Assembly: GCA_965112735.1 (NCBI GenBank)
Contig: OZ218950.1
Coordinates: forward strand, 5,642,001 to 5,706,000
Direction of reading: 5' to 3'
Source: Phaeosaccion multiseriatum
Taxonomy: Eukaryota > Protista > Ochrophyta, other classes
Length of the DNA: 64,000 bases
The notes beneath the pieces are model-generated. The model was not told the DNA's origin and made no database searches. It saw nothing but the letters and a program-made list of their open reading frames with translations. Shown here one piece after another: positions 1 to 11,339 of the stretch. How positions within the stretch are numbered: position 1 is the first letter of the stretch; every line of letters starts with the position of its first letter. The position numbers were made by a program, and so were the translations under genes.

Positions 1-352
1 CGTCTGCGACTTTGAAGCGGAGGTTGGCCCAGGACGTGTCTTCTGTGAATGCTGCGATGGCCAAAGGGGGGCGCACCAGGGTTCTGATCAAGAAGGGCTG
101 CCACCGAAGCAGTCTCCGTCGCCGCCGTATCACCAGTAACACCAGCAAGCCGGCAGCGACCACGAGATTCCACGCTGCTCTCCGCATCTTCAGTATCGCG
201 AAGACGAGCAACGCTCGGACAGAAAGCGCGCGAAGACGCCTTGCTCGGTGAAGGTCGTTGCAGCTGAGGCCACCTGCCCCTCTCAGAGCCACCCGCAAGG
301 CACGCCGGGCCTTCTTCTTGCCGTCTGCCGGGCCGTGAGCCCACCGCGCCAT
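1..352 (-). CDS. Partial hypothetical membrane-anchored protein (runs off left edge)
   Basis: Open frame from ATG at 352 to the window edge: MARWAHGPADGKKK...AAWNLVVAAGLLVLLVIRRRRRLLRW...SWANLRFKVAD. Hydrophobic segment followed by a basic cluster. No family recognised with confidence. Confidence 0.35.
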   Translation of the reverse strand, partial: MARWAHGPADGKKKARRALRVALRGAGGLSCNDLHRARRLRALSVRALLVFAILKMRRAAWNLVVAAGLLVLLVIRRRRRLLRWQPFLIRTLVRPPLAIAAFTEDTSWANLRFKVAD

Positions 353-747
353 CTTCTCTCCCTCCTCTCACTACCGCCGCTGTCTGCGCTTGTTGCACCA
401 CAGCCAAGACTCTCTCGGTGCTCTACTCTCGCTACTTTCTTCCCTGTCATCAAAGCCGAGACTCTGTCGGTGCTCTGCGCTCTTTGCTGCGGCGTCCCAA
501 GCCCATGGCGTTTGGTTGCGCGCCAGAGTGGGAAAGGCAGTTGGAAAGGCATCGACATACGATGACGAAGAGGTCGACTTTCGCCCATATTCTTCCTGAT
601 ATTACCGATTTGGGACCAGAAAATAATTTCCCTAATCTTTGCTTTTCCCAAATAAATTCGGGAAGGATTGGCGAGGATTAATAAATTATTTCCGATTTAG
701 GACTGGGAAAGTGGGTTTTCCTCAAATCGCAGACACCCTATTATGTG

Positions 748-1151
748 TATATCCCTAACCCCAAATTTATGGTCATAGAAATGGGACATTATTTTTTCGA
801 AGGGCCAAAATCGAGGTTTCCGACCGTCATTTTTTTGCGTCCTTGGAGTGAGCATTAGAGCTCATTCTTGACTACACCTCCACGTGCGGATGATGCAATC
901 ACTGGTCGCGTCGTCATTTGAGGGCGATGCAAAAAACAGGCTAATGTCATATTCTCGTCGGCGCCTCACGCGACGAAGGCATCAGTGGATTGCATCATCC
1001 ACACGTGGAGACGTAGTTGAGAGTGAGCTCAAACTCCAATTCTAAGGACGAAAAAAAATGACCGTCGGAAACCTCGATTCCGGCCCTTCGAAAAAATAAT
1101 GTCCCATTTCTATGACCTTAACTGTATGACATTATCGGGGTTAGGGATATA
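748..1151. mobile_element. Non-coding foldback / MITE-like element
   Basis: Arms 771-904 and 983-1117 are reverse complements (first 36 nt perfect, rest with scattered mismatches) around a ~78 nt spacer. Outer inverted pair TATATCCCTAACCCC (748-762) / GGGGTTAGGGATATA (1137-1151). AT-rich, no ORF. Confidence 0.75.
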
Positions 1152-1202
1152 TAAATAGGCGAGAGTGATAATGGCTATGATACGTAGCTAGCTAGCTCCG
1201 TT

Positions 1203-3449
1203 CTACGACTTGTTCGACGACCTTCGAATGGCATTGCCCCAGTCTGCGATGTCCTCCTCCCTCACAATGAGCTGCTTGCGATGCACGGCCACCGCCAGCC
1301 CGGGCTCGCACGCCCGCATGGCCCTTGACACGAGCATGGCCCCCCTGTTTCCATTCATGGTGAGCACCAAGTCCCCACCCAGGCGCTGCGCTGGCACCTT
1401 GTCGCCGCTCTCACCGCTGCTGCTGCCACTGTGTCCACTGTCCCCCTGCTCCAAGTGCTTCCTCAACCAGTGCAGCACTCTTCTCGAGGCGGCGATGGCC
1501 ACAGGAAGATCTCCCCAGAGCGACATGTCTATGGCCAGCAAAGAGGCGTCCAAAGCGGCACCGGCCCCGGCCCTGGGGTTAGTACATTGCGTGGCCTGCC
1601 TCAGACTCGCCACCGGGTCCGCCAGCGCCCCGATGTCGCTCCCCTCCTCGAAGAGGGCATCCACCAGCTTGGCCGCCTCCTTTTCCTCGTCGCTGCTCTC
1701 CTGTTGGCCGGGGTTCATGTTGGCGACGACGGCCGCGATTGCCAACTCGTATGCCACGCCAAAGGAGGTGCCCCCTCCTTGCGTCCGCTCCCCCGCTGCC
1801 TTGGCTGCCTTCCTCATCTCCTCTACACAGAAGAGCAGCTCTGCCTCGCGCTCCGTCCTTCCGCTACACACGCGAATAACATCGCCGAAGATTGGGGCGT
1901 CAGGCTGAGGAAGGCCGCCACTTCTGTCGTTGCTGTTGCTGCTGCTACTACTACTGCTGCTACTACTACTGCTGCTGGGTGGAGCACCCTCCTCCTCACC
2001 CCCACCCTCATCCCTGCCCCCGCTGCTACTACTTCTCCTGCTACTACCACTACCATTACTATCATCACCATCACCATCTTTCAGCATCTCCTTCAGAAGC
2101 CACATGAGGTCGTCGATTCTCCTCGCCGCCGACAGAGCCTTGGACATGCGCAGACACATGGCCTTGGTCACGAGCACACCGTCCCCCAACGCCAACACAA
2201 ACAGCTGCTTGGCCTCTTCCCATTGCCCCAGCGCCAAGTGGGCCTTGAGTACCGCCCCGTAGCAAATCACGTCGGGAATGAGCGTATGCACCGGCCTCAA
2301 CTCCGCAAACATATCCAACGCAGCCGTGTGCTTGCCACTCCGGGTCAGAGCCTCAATGGTGGCCCCGAAGCTAATGACATCTGCTTCCCCCTTGGCTTGC
2401 AGGCGAGCGAGCAGCAGCTGCGCCGTGTCAGCATCGCCCATCTGAGCGGCGGCCACCAAGGCGCCTTTCATGGTCCGCACAGGAATCTCCACCTGCGCTA
2501 CACCTGCTGCTGCCCCCTCCCCGTCCGCAGAGGAGGAGGCGCCCTCTTGCTTCAAAGCGCTAGCCAGATAGCGCAACACTTCGTACCATTGACCGTACTT
2601 CTCGGGGGGTTGCGGCCTCGGGTCCCGCCCTTGGCCACCATCCGTTCCTCCGCTCCTCTTCTCTCTCTGCTTTCCAACCCCCCCCTCCCTCTTATCGTCT
2701 TCTTCCTCCTCCTCATCTTCCTCCTCCTCCTCCTCCTCCTCCTGCTGCTGCTGCTGCAGCTGCGCCCCTGGTGGCATGCCCCCTGCCTGCTGCCACCCCT
2801 CCCTCTCCGGCGGCGGCTGCTGCTGGTGCTGCTGCTGCTCCTCACCCTCGCTTCTCCTGGCCCGCCGTACGTCGCCCAAAATCTCAAAAGCCTTGGTCCA
2901 CAGACCCCCCTTTTCACAGGCCCGAATGATGGTCGAGTACGAAATGTCCCCCATATCATCCAGCATGTCCCGAGCCTTCATCTCCTCATACACCGCCAGC
3001 GCCTCGGTCGTGCGGTTGTAGTGCTCACACACACTCAACGCGCTGTGCATACCCAGTGCATTAAGAGGCCTCCCCTCCTCCTTGGCCTTGTCCACCAGCT
3101 CCAGCGACACCTCGACAAAGCCGGCCCTCCCTGCCGACATGATGGCGTGACTGTATGTGACATTGTTAGGCTGCAGCCCCACGTCCCGCATCTGATTCAT
3201 GAGCTTCATCGCCTCTCTAGCGAGGGGCGGGGAGGCCCTCTCGCATGCCAAAAGGAGGCTCGAGTAGGTCACTACGTCGGGCACCAATCCTGCCCTGCTC
3301 ATCTTCTGAAACAGCTGAAACGCCGCTTGCGGTTGGCGGGCTCGAGCAGCGGCTCCTATCATGGTGTTGAAGGTGTATGTGTCTGGTGGAGTGGGCCCGC
3401 TCTGCTTGGGGCACACACAGCACAACACAGCGAGAACACACGGGAATGT

Positions 3450-3488
<39 letters not shown>

Positions 3489-4776
3489 GGGGGGGGGGGG
3501 GGCGGGAAAGCGAGGAGCGGTAAGCATCGCGGCTTCCTTCTTCCATCACGACAGCAGGGCAGGGTCGAAGCGAGCAGGAACACCACAACAAGCCCGTCAT
3601 CTCCCTCCCTCTCTTACCCCACCCACCTACCCACCTTCATCTCCTCGAAAATGTCAAGCGCTTCGTCCCACTGCATGGCCTTCGCACACGCACTAATGGC
3701 CGTGTTGTAGGCGAGCGTGTCGGGCTTCAAGTCCGGCTTCTGCTTCATCCTGTCCAGCAGCTGAAGGGCTGCCTTCCACTCACCCGCGGTGGCACACGCC
3801 GCCATGCAGGATGTGAAAGTGTGTCTATCGGGCATGACCCCCTCCGACACCATCTTCTTCATGACGGCCAAGGCCTCTTGCCAGCGCCCGTGCTTCTCAC
3901 AGGCACCAATGACGGTGTTGTAGGAGATGGCGTGGATGCGCTCCGCCCACCTGGGGTCCCTCTGCATCTGCATTAGGACCTTGTAGGCCTCCTGCCACTG
4001 GCCAGCGCTCTTGCACGCCTTCATGACAATGTTAAAGGTAAAGTCGTTGGGCCCCACCCCATAGCTCGCCTCCATATCCTCCAAAAGGTCCACCGCCTTT
4101 TGCCACTCCCCGGCGCCTCCGTATGCGGCAATGAGTGTGTTGATGGTGACGACACTGGGCGCTACCTCTGTCCGCTCCATGCGGGCGAGTACCTGCAGCA
4201 CCCCCTGCAGCCCCTGCTCCCCCCCCCTCGCCACATTCGCCCGCATAACCGCGGTGTAGGTATATACATTGGGAGGGATGCCCCTTTCCTCCATCTGCTC
4301 TAGCACCGCCAGCGCCTCCGTCGGCTCGCCTGCGTTTGCACATGCCGTTGCCGCCGTCGAGTAGGAATACACGTCCGGCTCGGGCCTGTCGGGAATAGTC
4401 TCCATTTCCTTCAGCAACTTGAGGGCTAACTTCCACCGCCCATTGGTGGCCAGCGCCTGCAGACCCGCGTTGTACACGCGCACGTCAATGGGCTCTTCGC
4501 CCCTGGCCTTGCGGTGCTTGGCAAGGTAGAACATGGACTTCTCCCAGTCACCCTTCTTGCCAGCCCACTGGATCCACCGCAAGACCATCTTGTCGTCCGG
4601 GTTCTCCTCCAGAGGGCCTGTCCTCTTCTCCCCCCTCTTCTCCCACTGCTGCACCAGAAACTTGCTCTGCTGCTGCGAGGTGGAGACGGGGGAGGAGCTG
4701 GGGGCGGCAATGGTGCGTACGGAGAGCATGTGCCGAGGCCTTATCATGGCTGAAGCGTTACTGCTGCTGCTGCTAC

Positions 4777-4807
<31 letters not shown>

Positions 4808-5140
4808 ACTACTACTGTCGCCGCTGCTGCCGCTGTCGCTCATGTGCATTCGACTGCTATCGTTGTAGGGCCTCTTCCTCCCTCGAAAGGAGAATAAAGC
4901 TGCTGCCGGTGCCCCATCAAATGCCCTGCTGCTGCTGCCTCTGCTGCTGCTACTACTACTACTGCTGCTGCTGCTGCTAATGGTGCTCCTCCAGCGGCTG
5001 CTGCGGTGAATGCTGGAGCTTGGAAGGGCCCTCCTGCTGCCTGGGCGTATCGATGGCTGAAGGAAGCCAAAGGTATCGCGAGCTGCCGCACGAGCCAGGC
5101 CGATGTTGGCCCCCTCGACGAGAGGGCCATCCAGTACCAT
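1203..5140 (-). CDS. Pentatricopeptide repeat protein with degenerate C-terminal SMR-like region (2 exons: ~5140-3635, ~3404-1203)
   Basis: Many ~35-aa PPR motifs (PDVYSYSTAATAC, PNVYTYTAVMRA, PDRHTFTSCMAAC, PDTLAYNTAISAC, PDVVTYSSLLLAC). Donor after EEMK (gtgggt at 3634), NAGNAG acceptor at ~3405/3402, TAG at 1203-1205. Start codon uncertain. Confidence 0.9.
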
Positions 5141-5415
5141 GGTCGAGCGAAGGACCGACTGAAGGCCCAAGGGATGGGTTGGGGGCAGGCGCCCTTAATT
5201 TGTGGAAGGAGGGCCGGGGTCGCCGGGGGGGTGGGGGGACAATTGGGATCATTGCTTAGGACAAGGCTGTTGGACCAAAGGCGGAGGGAGAGAAAAATAA
5301 TTAAATTGAAGGGAAACAGAGGGGGAGAGGGTTGAGCTGTGTCATCGCTTCACGCTCTGCCCTCTGCTTCTTTCCTATCACTTAGGCGCCTCCGTTCTCC
5401 AACTCTGCGGCAAAC

Positions 5416-5698
5416 ATGGGTGAACGAAAAGTGTTGAACAAGTAAGTGCCTCGTAGAGCAGCCGCAGTTGGACAGCCCGAGCGACTGACGAGGGATTCCT
5501 CTCTCGGAGACTCTATCTTCGAATGGAGTGAGGGGAAGAGAGAGGGAGAACTAAACAAGCCCCAGTTCACTGTCGCTTCCCGCTACCGCACTCCCGCTCC
5601 GACCCGCCATAAGTGTTGTCCGAACCGTCCCGCCCTCCTGCCTATTTGTTTCTCTCTGCTAATTCCGAAGCCATGCGCTCTCCCTCTCTGTCTATCTA

Positions 5699-5752
<54 letters not shown>

Positions 5753-5758
5753 CCCCCC

Positions 5759-5801
<43 letters not shown>

Positions 5802-6882
5802 CCCTCCTTTTGTCTCTGTTATCCTCAGGTACATCTCCCCAGACTTCGACCACACGAAGATCCCTCGTATGCGAAGGGAGAAGAACAAACAAATCGAAGT
5901 CCGTATGATGATTCCCTTCTCCATGCAGTGCGACACGTGTGGCGAGTTCATGTACCGGGGGAAGAAGTTCAACAGTAAGAAGGAGGACGTGGTGGGGGAA
6001 GACTACAAGGGCATTCGTCTGTTCCGCTTTTACATCAAGTGCATCACATGTAGTCAGCCCATAACATTCAAGACGGACCCAAAGAACGCAGACTATACAT
6101 TGGAACATGGGGCAACGCGGAACTTTGAGGTGTGGGGAGAGGAAGAGAGAGCAACGAAAAAGGCAGAAAAACAACGGGAGGAAGAAGACAAGTCTGACAC
6201 CATGAAGGCGCTGGAGAATCGGACCCTGGATAGCAAAATCGAGATGGACATTCTCGACGCTCTGGACGAGATGAAGTCCGTCAATAAGCGCCATGAGAAC
6301 GTGGATACAGAGGGCTTGCTCAAGGCGATGCAGGACAGGCGGGACAAGGCGGCTTTGGAGGAGGGGCAGATGCGGGCCTTCGGTGCGAAGGGTGCCCATG
6401 ATGACAACGACGAGGCGCTCATTAGGAGCATACAGTTCGGGAAGGGGGCAGCGGGAGCAGGAGCAGGAGCAGCAGGAGTGGGCGGTGGGGTCGAGGTGCG
6501 CAGACTCGATGACTCCGACGAGGCGAGCGGTGGGGAGGAGAGTAGAGGCGGGGGGGGGTCAGCTGCGGGTGAAGACGCGGCTTTGGCCCAGTGGGGGGGA
6601 GGGTTGGGAGGCAAGCAGACCGATAGCAGCGGCAAGATAGCAGCGGGTGGGCAGAAAGCTGCCAAAAAGCCCATGATAGTGGTCAAGAAGAGGCTCTTGA
6701 AGAAGAAGAAGCGGAAAAGCAGCCCCGACGACGGCACAAATGGGACGCACGAGGCCAGTGCCAAGAAGGCAAAGCCTGCAACAGAGTCACCAGCAGCAGG
6801 GGAGAAGCCACAGGCCGCAGAAGCACCTGCAGGGGGCTTGCTGGGGCTTGGCGCTTACAGCGACAGCGACAGCAGCGAGTAG
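5416..6882 (+). CDS. YJU2: Splicing factor YJU2/CCDC94 (exons 5416-5441, 5829-6882)
   Basis: Spliced N-terminus MGERKVLNK|YISPDFDHTKIP; VRMMIPFSMQCDTCGEFMYRGKKFN; FRFYIKCITC; FKTDPKNADY..EHGATRN; MKALENRT..SKIEMDILDALDE. Confidence 0.95.
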
Positions 6883-7028
6883 CACTTGGGAGCAGAGCCG
6901 TGTGTATCCACCGACCCTGCAAAGTGGTTGATAGTATCGCTCGGATCTGTTTGTACATAATTTTTAATGTTGTATACAGTAGACAAAGTTAAACTCCTCC
7001 AGTGCTGGCCTTTGACGCCTTACGATGC

Positions 7029-8141
7029 TCAGCCGGACGGCGACCGAAGCTTGACCCCCAGCCATGCCCCAAGTGCCTGGTTGGTTGGCTGCAGTAGCCA
7101 TCCCCCCATACTCTGCCAAGTGCCTAGGTGGCTGCGGTGACACTCATTCGCGATAGACGAGACAAGCGGCCCGCGTTCTTCTCCTTTATCTCGTCCAAAG
7201 CGTGAGTGGCGCGCGCCTTCTGCCGATTCATATACGGCTCCACGTACTTAATCTGCGAGAGGGAAAGGGTGCGTAAGGGAGAGTGTTAGCAACCATTTTG
7301 GGGATTAGAGAGGCGCACACATAGAGAGAGAGAGAGGGGAGGGAGGAGGAGGGGAGGGAGGAGTGAGGCAGAGCGAGAGGGACAGGTAAAGAAAGAAAAG
7401 GGCAGCAGAAAGGGTGGTTTGAGCCCTCCCAGTGGGCAGTCTCACCTTTATACAGCGAATGAAGGGGATTCCAAAAACAAGTCCGAAAATGAAGATGAGC
7501 AATATGTACACTAAGTCCAGCCCGCCCTTCAGTCGAAGCGACAGGTGCACTGTCGACCCTTCCTTGATTCCGTATTCACCCAGACTTATTGCCTCCCTTT
7601 CCTCCTCCAAAGGCCCACATTGATGCGTCCATAAATCGTCGTACCCTCCACCTTCGCTCTCCCTACTTGTCCACTCGTCTCGGCCCCCCTTTCCTCTCGC
7701 CACACTTCCCCTCTCAAGTGATGCATTATTGTTTGTCCCTCTCAACCATTGAATTACTCTCTCCTCGCTGCTGCTACTGCTGCTGCTGCTGCTGCTGCTG
7801 CCTTCTCTCAGTACTTCACGGGAGTGGCAGCCGCAATCGCAAGGAGCGTTTCCCTCCTGCGCCTGTCTGACTGTACGGCCCAAGTGCCGGCCTTGAAAGA
7901 GGAGGCGCTGATCAGCCGCCGCCACCCCCGTCCTATCGTACACGCGCATCTTCAGCTCCTCTACAGTCATTTCTGAAGTGGCCTGGATGGCCAGGGACGT
8001 GCCCTGTAGATCGTGGACAAAGATCTGAATACGAGAAGCAGCCGCACCACCCTTTGCTGGATAGAGCCCTCCTTCTCTTCCACGTCCGCGCCAACCCTGG
8101 CCCTGCTGGAAGCCCTGCTGGAGGCTCTCGGGGACCACCAT
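7029..8141 (-). CDS. Ubiquitin-like domain (with internal insertion) fused via LRLKGG to a transmembrane helix and short tail (exons ~8141-7446, 7252-7029)
   Basis: IQIFVHDLQGTSLAI..TVEELKMRVYDRTGVAAADQRLLFQGRHL...SLGEYGIKEGSTVHLSLRLKGG, then LDLVYILLIFIFGLVFGIPFI. gtgag donor at 7445, pyrimidine tract plus cag acceptor at 7253, TGA at 7029-7031. Start uncertain because the frame stays open upstream. Confidence 0.75.
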
Positions 8142-8346
8142 ACTCGCGCACTGCAGCCTTGTTTTGTTCCTTTGTGAAGATCCCCTGCCTGTACAATTGT
8201 AACGGAATTTCCTTTCAGGCAGGCGGGAAGGCACTGGATGGAGTGCGTCAAAGAAAGAAAAAAGAAAGCAAAAGCCTCTTTGATCCTGCCCCTCCCTCCA
8301 GAGCGCTTGCATAGATGGAAGAGAGGACGATTGAGTTGGTATAGCC

Positions 8347-9837
8347 ATGCTGCTAAGCTGCCGCGGGCGAGCTGTGACTACGCTGCTCCTCTGCTTTCGC
8401 CAGCAGGCTCCTGCGAGGGCTTTCGTCGACAAGAGCCTCGGCTTGACTAGGCCACGGAGCACGGCGAGAAGTGACGAGCTGCAGCCGCAGCTGAGGGAGT
8501 GGAGAACACACAGGAAGCTAGCGTTTGGCCCTTCTTGCTCACGTCGCTTCCTGTATTCTTCGTCAGAGGTAACAGCAGCTCCAACGAGGAGGAGGAGAGG
8601 GAGAGTGTTCACTGCGCACGGTTGGAGAGTTTGTCGACCAGGACCCACGGGCAGCAGGACTCCTGCCAGGCGACAGGGGAGCAGGCTCTTCTCTGTGACG
8701 TCCATGGCTTCATTCGCGACGGGAGAGGTCCCTGTCGTGACTGAGCAAGTGGTTCTCAGAAGCGACTTTTTGGAGCCCGGGGAGCACAGTGGGGAGTGTG
8801 CTCCTTTGGCGATGGTGATTCTCAACAACAGCAGCAATGGCGGCGAAGACAGACACAGGCGAGCGCTGGAGCAGCTGTGGGGGGCAGCGTCCCTGCGTCT
8901 GTGCGCAGACGGGGGGGCTAACCGGCTGTACGATAGCTTCGATAACGACGCGGATCGGGCTCGATTTGTGCCCGACGCCATCGTGGGCGACCTGGACTCT
9001 CTCCGCAGCGAAGTGCGCTCCTTCTACGAGCAAGAGGGGGGCTGCAGCGTGCTGCATAGGCGAAGTCAGACGCTCAACGACTTTGAAAAGTGCCTCATTG
9101 AGGCGTACAAAATGGGTCACCAAAGGTACGGCAGCAGCAACAGCAGCAGCAAAGAGGAAGAGGCAAGTCCTGATTTGGATGATACTCGCGCAATCTCGCA
9201 AGATGCGAGACCTCAGACGCCCACTCCGCCGGACACGCCCTGTGCTACCGAGGCCATGAGTGTACCATGCCCGATGCGAGTGCTCGCTTTGGGCGCCTTT
9301 GGTGGCCGGTTCGACCAGGAGATGGGCGCCTTCCATGTACTACACGCCTACACACCTTACTTCCAGAGCTTCTTCCTCATGGGAGAGGGAAATCTGGCCT
9401 GCCTCCTCCTCCCTGACGTACAGTACCGCCTGGTCACAGATGGCAGATACGAGGGCCCTCTCTGCGGCCTAATCCCACTCGGGGGCGTGTGTAGTGCTGT
9501 CTCCACCACGGGCCTCAAGTGGAACCTGGAGGGCTCCAAGCTGGGCTTCGGGTTTTTGGTCAGCTCCAGCAACGAGATCTTGCCGGTGGAGGGAGGAGGA
9601 GGGGCAGCAGCAGCAGCAGGAGGAGGAGGAGGAGGAGGTGGAGGAGTAGGGGGAGGAGGAGGAGGAGGAGGAGGAGGAGGAACAGCAGCAGGTGAAGAAG
9701 CCGGCTCTGGCGCTACCCGAGCTGGGCTCCAGAACCAAGACGTGTGTGTGTGCACCGATGCGCCGCTGGTGTGGACAGTTGAGCTTGATACGGACAGGTG
9801 GGACGCGGCTCTCCAAAGCCATCAAGGAGCAAGATAG
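8347..9837 (+). CDS. TPK1: Thiamine pyrophosphokinase with Arg/Ser-rich N-terminal extension (possible organellar targeting)
   Basis: LCADGGANRLYD, PDAIVGDLDSLR, NDFEKCL, LGAFGGRFDQ, CGLIPLGG, TTGLKWNL, FGFLVSSSNEI; single exon. Confidence 0.93.
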   Translation: MLLSCRGRAVTTLLLCFRQQAPARAFVDKSLGLTRPRSTARSDELQPQLREWRTHRKLAFGPSCSRRFLYSSSEVTAAPTRRRRGRVFTAHGWRVCRPGPTGSRTPARRQGSRLFSVTSMASFATGEVPVVTEQVVLRSDFLEPGEHSGECAPLAMVILNNSSNGGEDRHRRALEQLWGAASLRLCADGGANRLYDSFDNDADRARFVPDAIVGDLDSLRSEVRSFYEQEGGCSVLHRRSQTLNDFEKCLIEAYKMGHQRYGSSNSSSKEEEASPDLDDTRAISQDARPQTPTPPDTPCATEAMSVPCPMRVLALGAFGGRFDQEMGAFHVLHAYTPYFQSFFLMGEGNLACLLLPDVQYRLVTDGRYEGPLCGLIPLGGVCSAVSTTGLKWNLEGSKLGFGFLVSSSNEILPVEGGGGAAAAAGGGGGGGGGVGGGGGGGGGGGTAAGEEAGSGATRAGLQNQDVCVCTDAPLVWTVELDTDRWDAALQSHQGAR

Positions 9838-10131
9838 AGGAGCATATAGAATTTAGGCTTCACTTCAATGAGGGGGGTAGGGCTCTGCTGGCCACCTCAC
9901 CCACCCCGGAAGTGAGTGAACTCATTTGGAACTTGAGAGCTTGGTACTTGGGCTTAAAGTTCTCAAGTGGGGGGCCTGGGCCTACAGCTGCAAGGGACCG
10001 TCCTTTTCCTTGGGCTCTGGCCGGAGACCCGTTCTCGCCCACCTCGGGAGTAATTCACTTGGGATGCGAGGCTTTCCATCCACGCCTTGGTTTTTGAGGT
10101 GTTTTTTCAATGCCGCCCACTCTATTTGACA

Positions 10132-10277
10132 CGCTATCCGCTATCCGCTATCCCGGCGCCAGCCGGCTTTGGGGGGGGGCGTGCTATCCGCTGTCGCCGG
10201 CGCCAGCCGATCCGCTACCCGCTAAGTGGCCGATAGCGCGCTATCGGGGGCGGGGGGGGGCGATAGCGCGCTATCGC
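10132..10277. repeat. Cluster of CGCTATC(C) repeats and two perfect palindromes
   Basis: cgctatc x3 at 10132-10152; ccggcgccagccg twice; CGATAGCGCGCTATCG at 10231-10246 and 10261-10276, separated by a G-run. Confidence 0.7.
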
Positions 10278-10567
10278 GAATGATACGGCGACTTTATTTG
10301 AATCTATAGCTCCTGCCGTTACACAGTTTCAATTTCAGCTCATGGGCCCCTGATGCACAAGGCACAAACATGGCGACGAAAGAAGGATGAAGATGACGGA
10401 AGGGAAGCAGCAGCAGAATCAACAGAATCAGTAGCAAGAGGGGACTCAGAGACGGTTGGAAGCTCTGCCTGGGAGCCAGAAGGAAAGGAGCTTTTATCCC
10501 TTTTTCCTCTCCTCCTCTTTTTTCATGTTCAACGACTGCCCGCTCGGGAGCAGCAGTAGCAGCAAAG

Positions 10568-11339
10568 ATGTCCCATCATGAAGGGAGGCACGGGTCCTTT
10601 GTAGTTGGCGACAGATCCAAGGTCGCGCGTCTACAGGTAAGAAGGTGTTAGAGGAGGAAAAGGGGAAAAGAAAGGAAAGAAAAAGAAAGTGAGTTGAGAG
10701 AGAGTAAGAGGGAAAAGGAGTCTGGCCTCAAAGCAGCTGTCGCAAGGAAGTATCGATGGGTTCCCAATACAATCGATTGTGGGAAGGAAGTAGATAGGTA
10801 GAGGTTTGGGGATTGTGTGCTGCCGAACACATCGACACCTATCCTCTGATTCTCACGCTTCCTCTCTCCACTGCTCCACTGCTCCAAATACGCATGAATG
10901 GACCAATACCGCGCTGTACAGCGTGAGATCTCTGCCCTCAGGAATGAGCACGACAAGGTGCGGCTAAAGCATTGCGCGAGTGACGGGGGGGAGGGGGAGG
11001 AGGGGAGTGCTTCGGGATCGTCTCGAAATCCAGGGAGCGTAGTGCTGAGGGAGCTGGAGGACACAATTTCAAGCAAAAGGGAGTTGATCGTCAAGATTAC
11101 ACTTGGATTGGGTTAGGTGTGCGCGTGTGCACCATGTGTTGATGAAGCATCGCAAGCAGGGGCGGCGTGTCGATCCCTGGCTGGTGCATACCTTCGCAGC
11201 TTGCCACCATCCTTGGCACCGGCACGGCGCGGAATTTCACAAACGCGCACCGAGACGAGCGGATCCCGCCAAGCGGTTGAGCGAGGGAGGCGCAATGACA
11301 AAAAGCAAATGTACAAAAAGTCGCCAAGAAGTGCTCTAG
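10568..11339 (+). CDS. Small hypothetical coiled-coil protein (tentative, ~3 exons)
   Basis: MSHHEGRHGSFVVGDRSKVARLQ|gtaag ... cag|REISALRNEHDK...VLRELEDTISSKRELIVKITLGL. The first intron is canonical and in frame; the 3' end is uncertain. Confidence 0.35.

Noticed and set aside
121-140. ctggtgatacggc (minus strand) and gttggtgatatgc at ~41422 as extra copies of the 18-mer
   Set aside because: Only partial matches without CAG flanks; could be chance.
753-1146. CCCTAA/TTAGGG as a telomere
   Set aside because: Single units forming element termini, not tandem arrays.
1431-3710. 759-aa plus-strand ORF
   Set aside because: Antisense shadow of the GC-rich PPR exon; no recognisable motifs.
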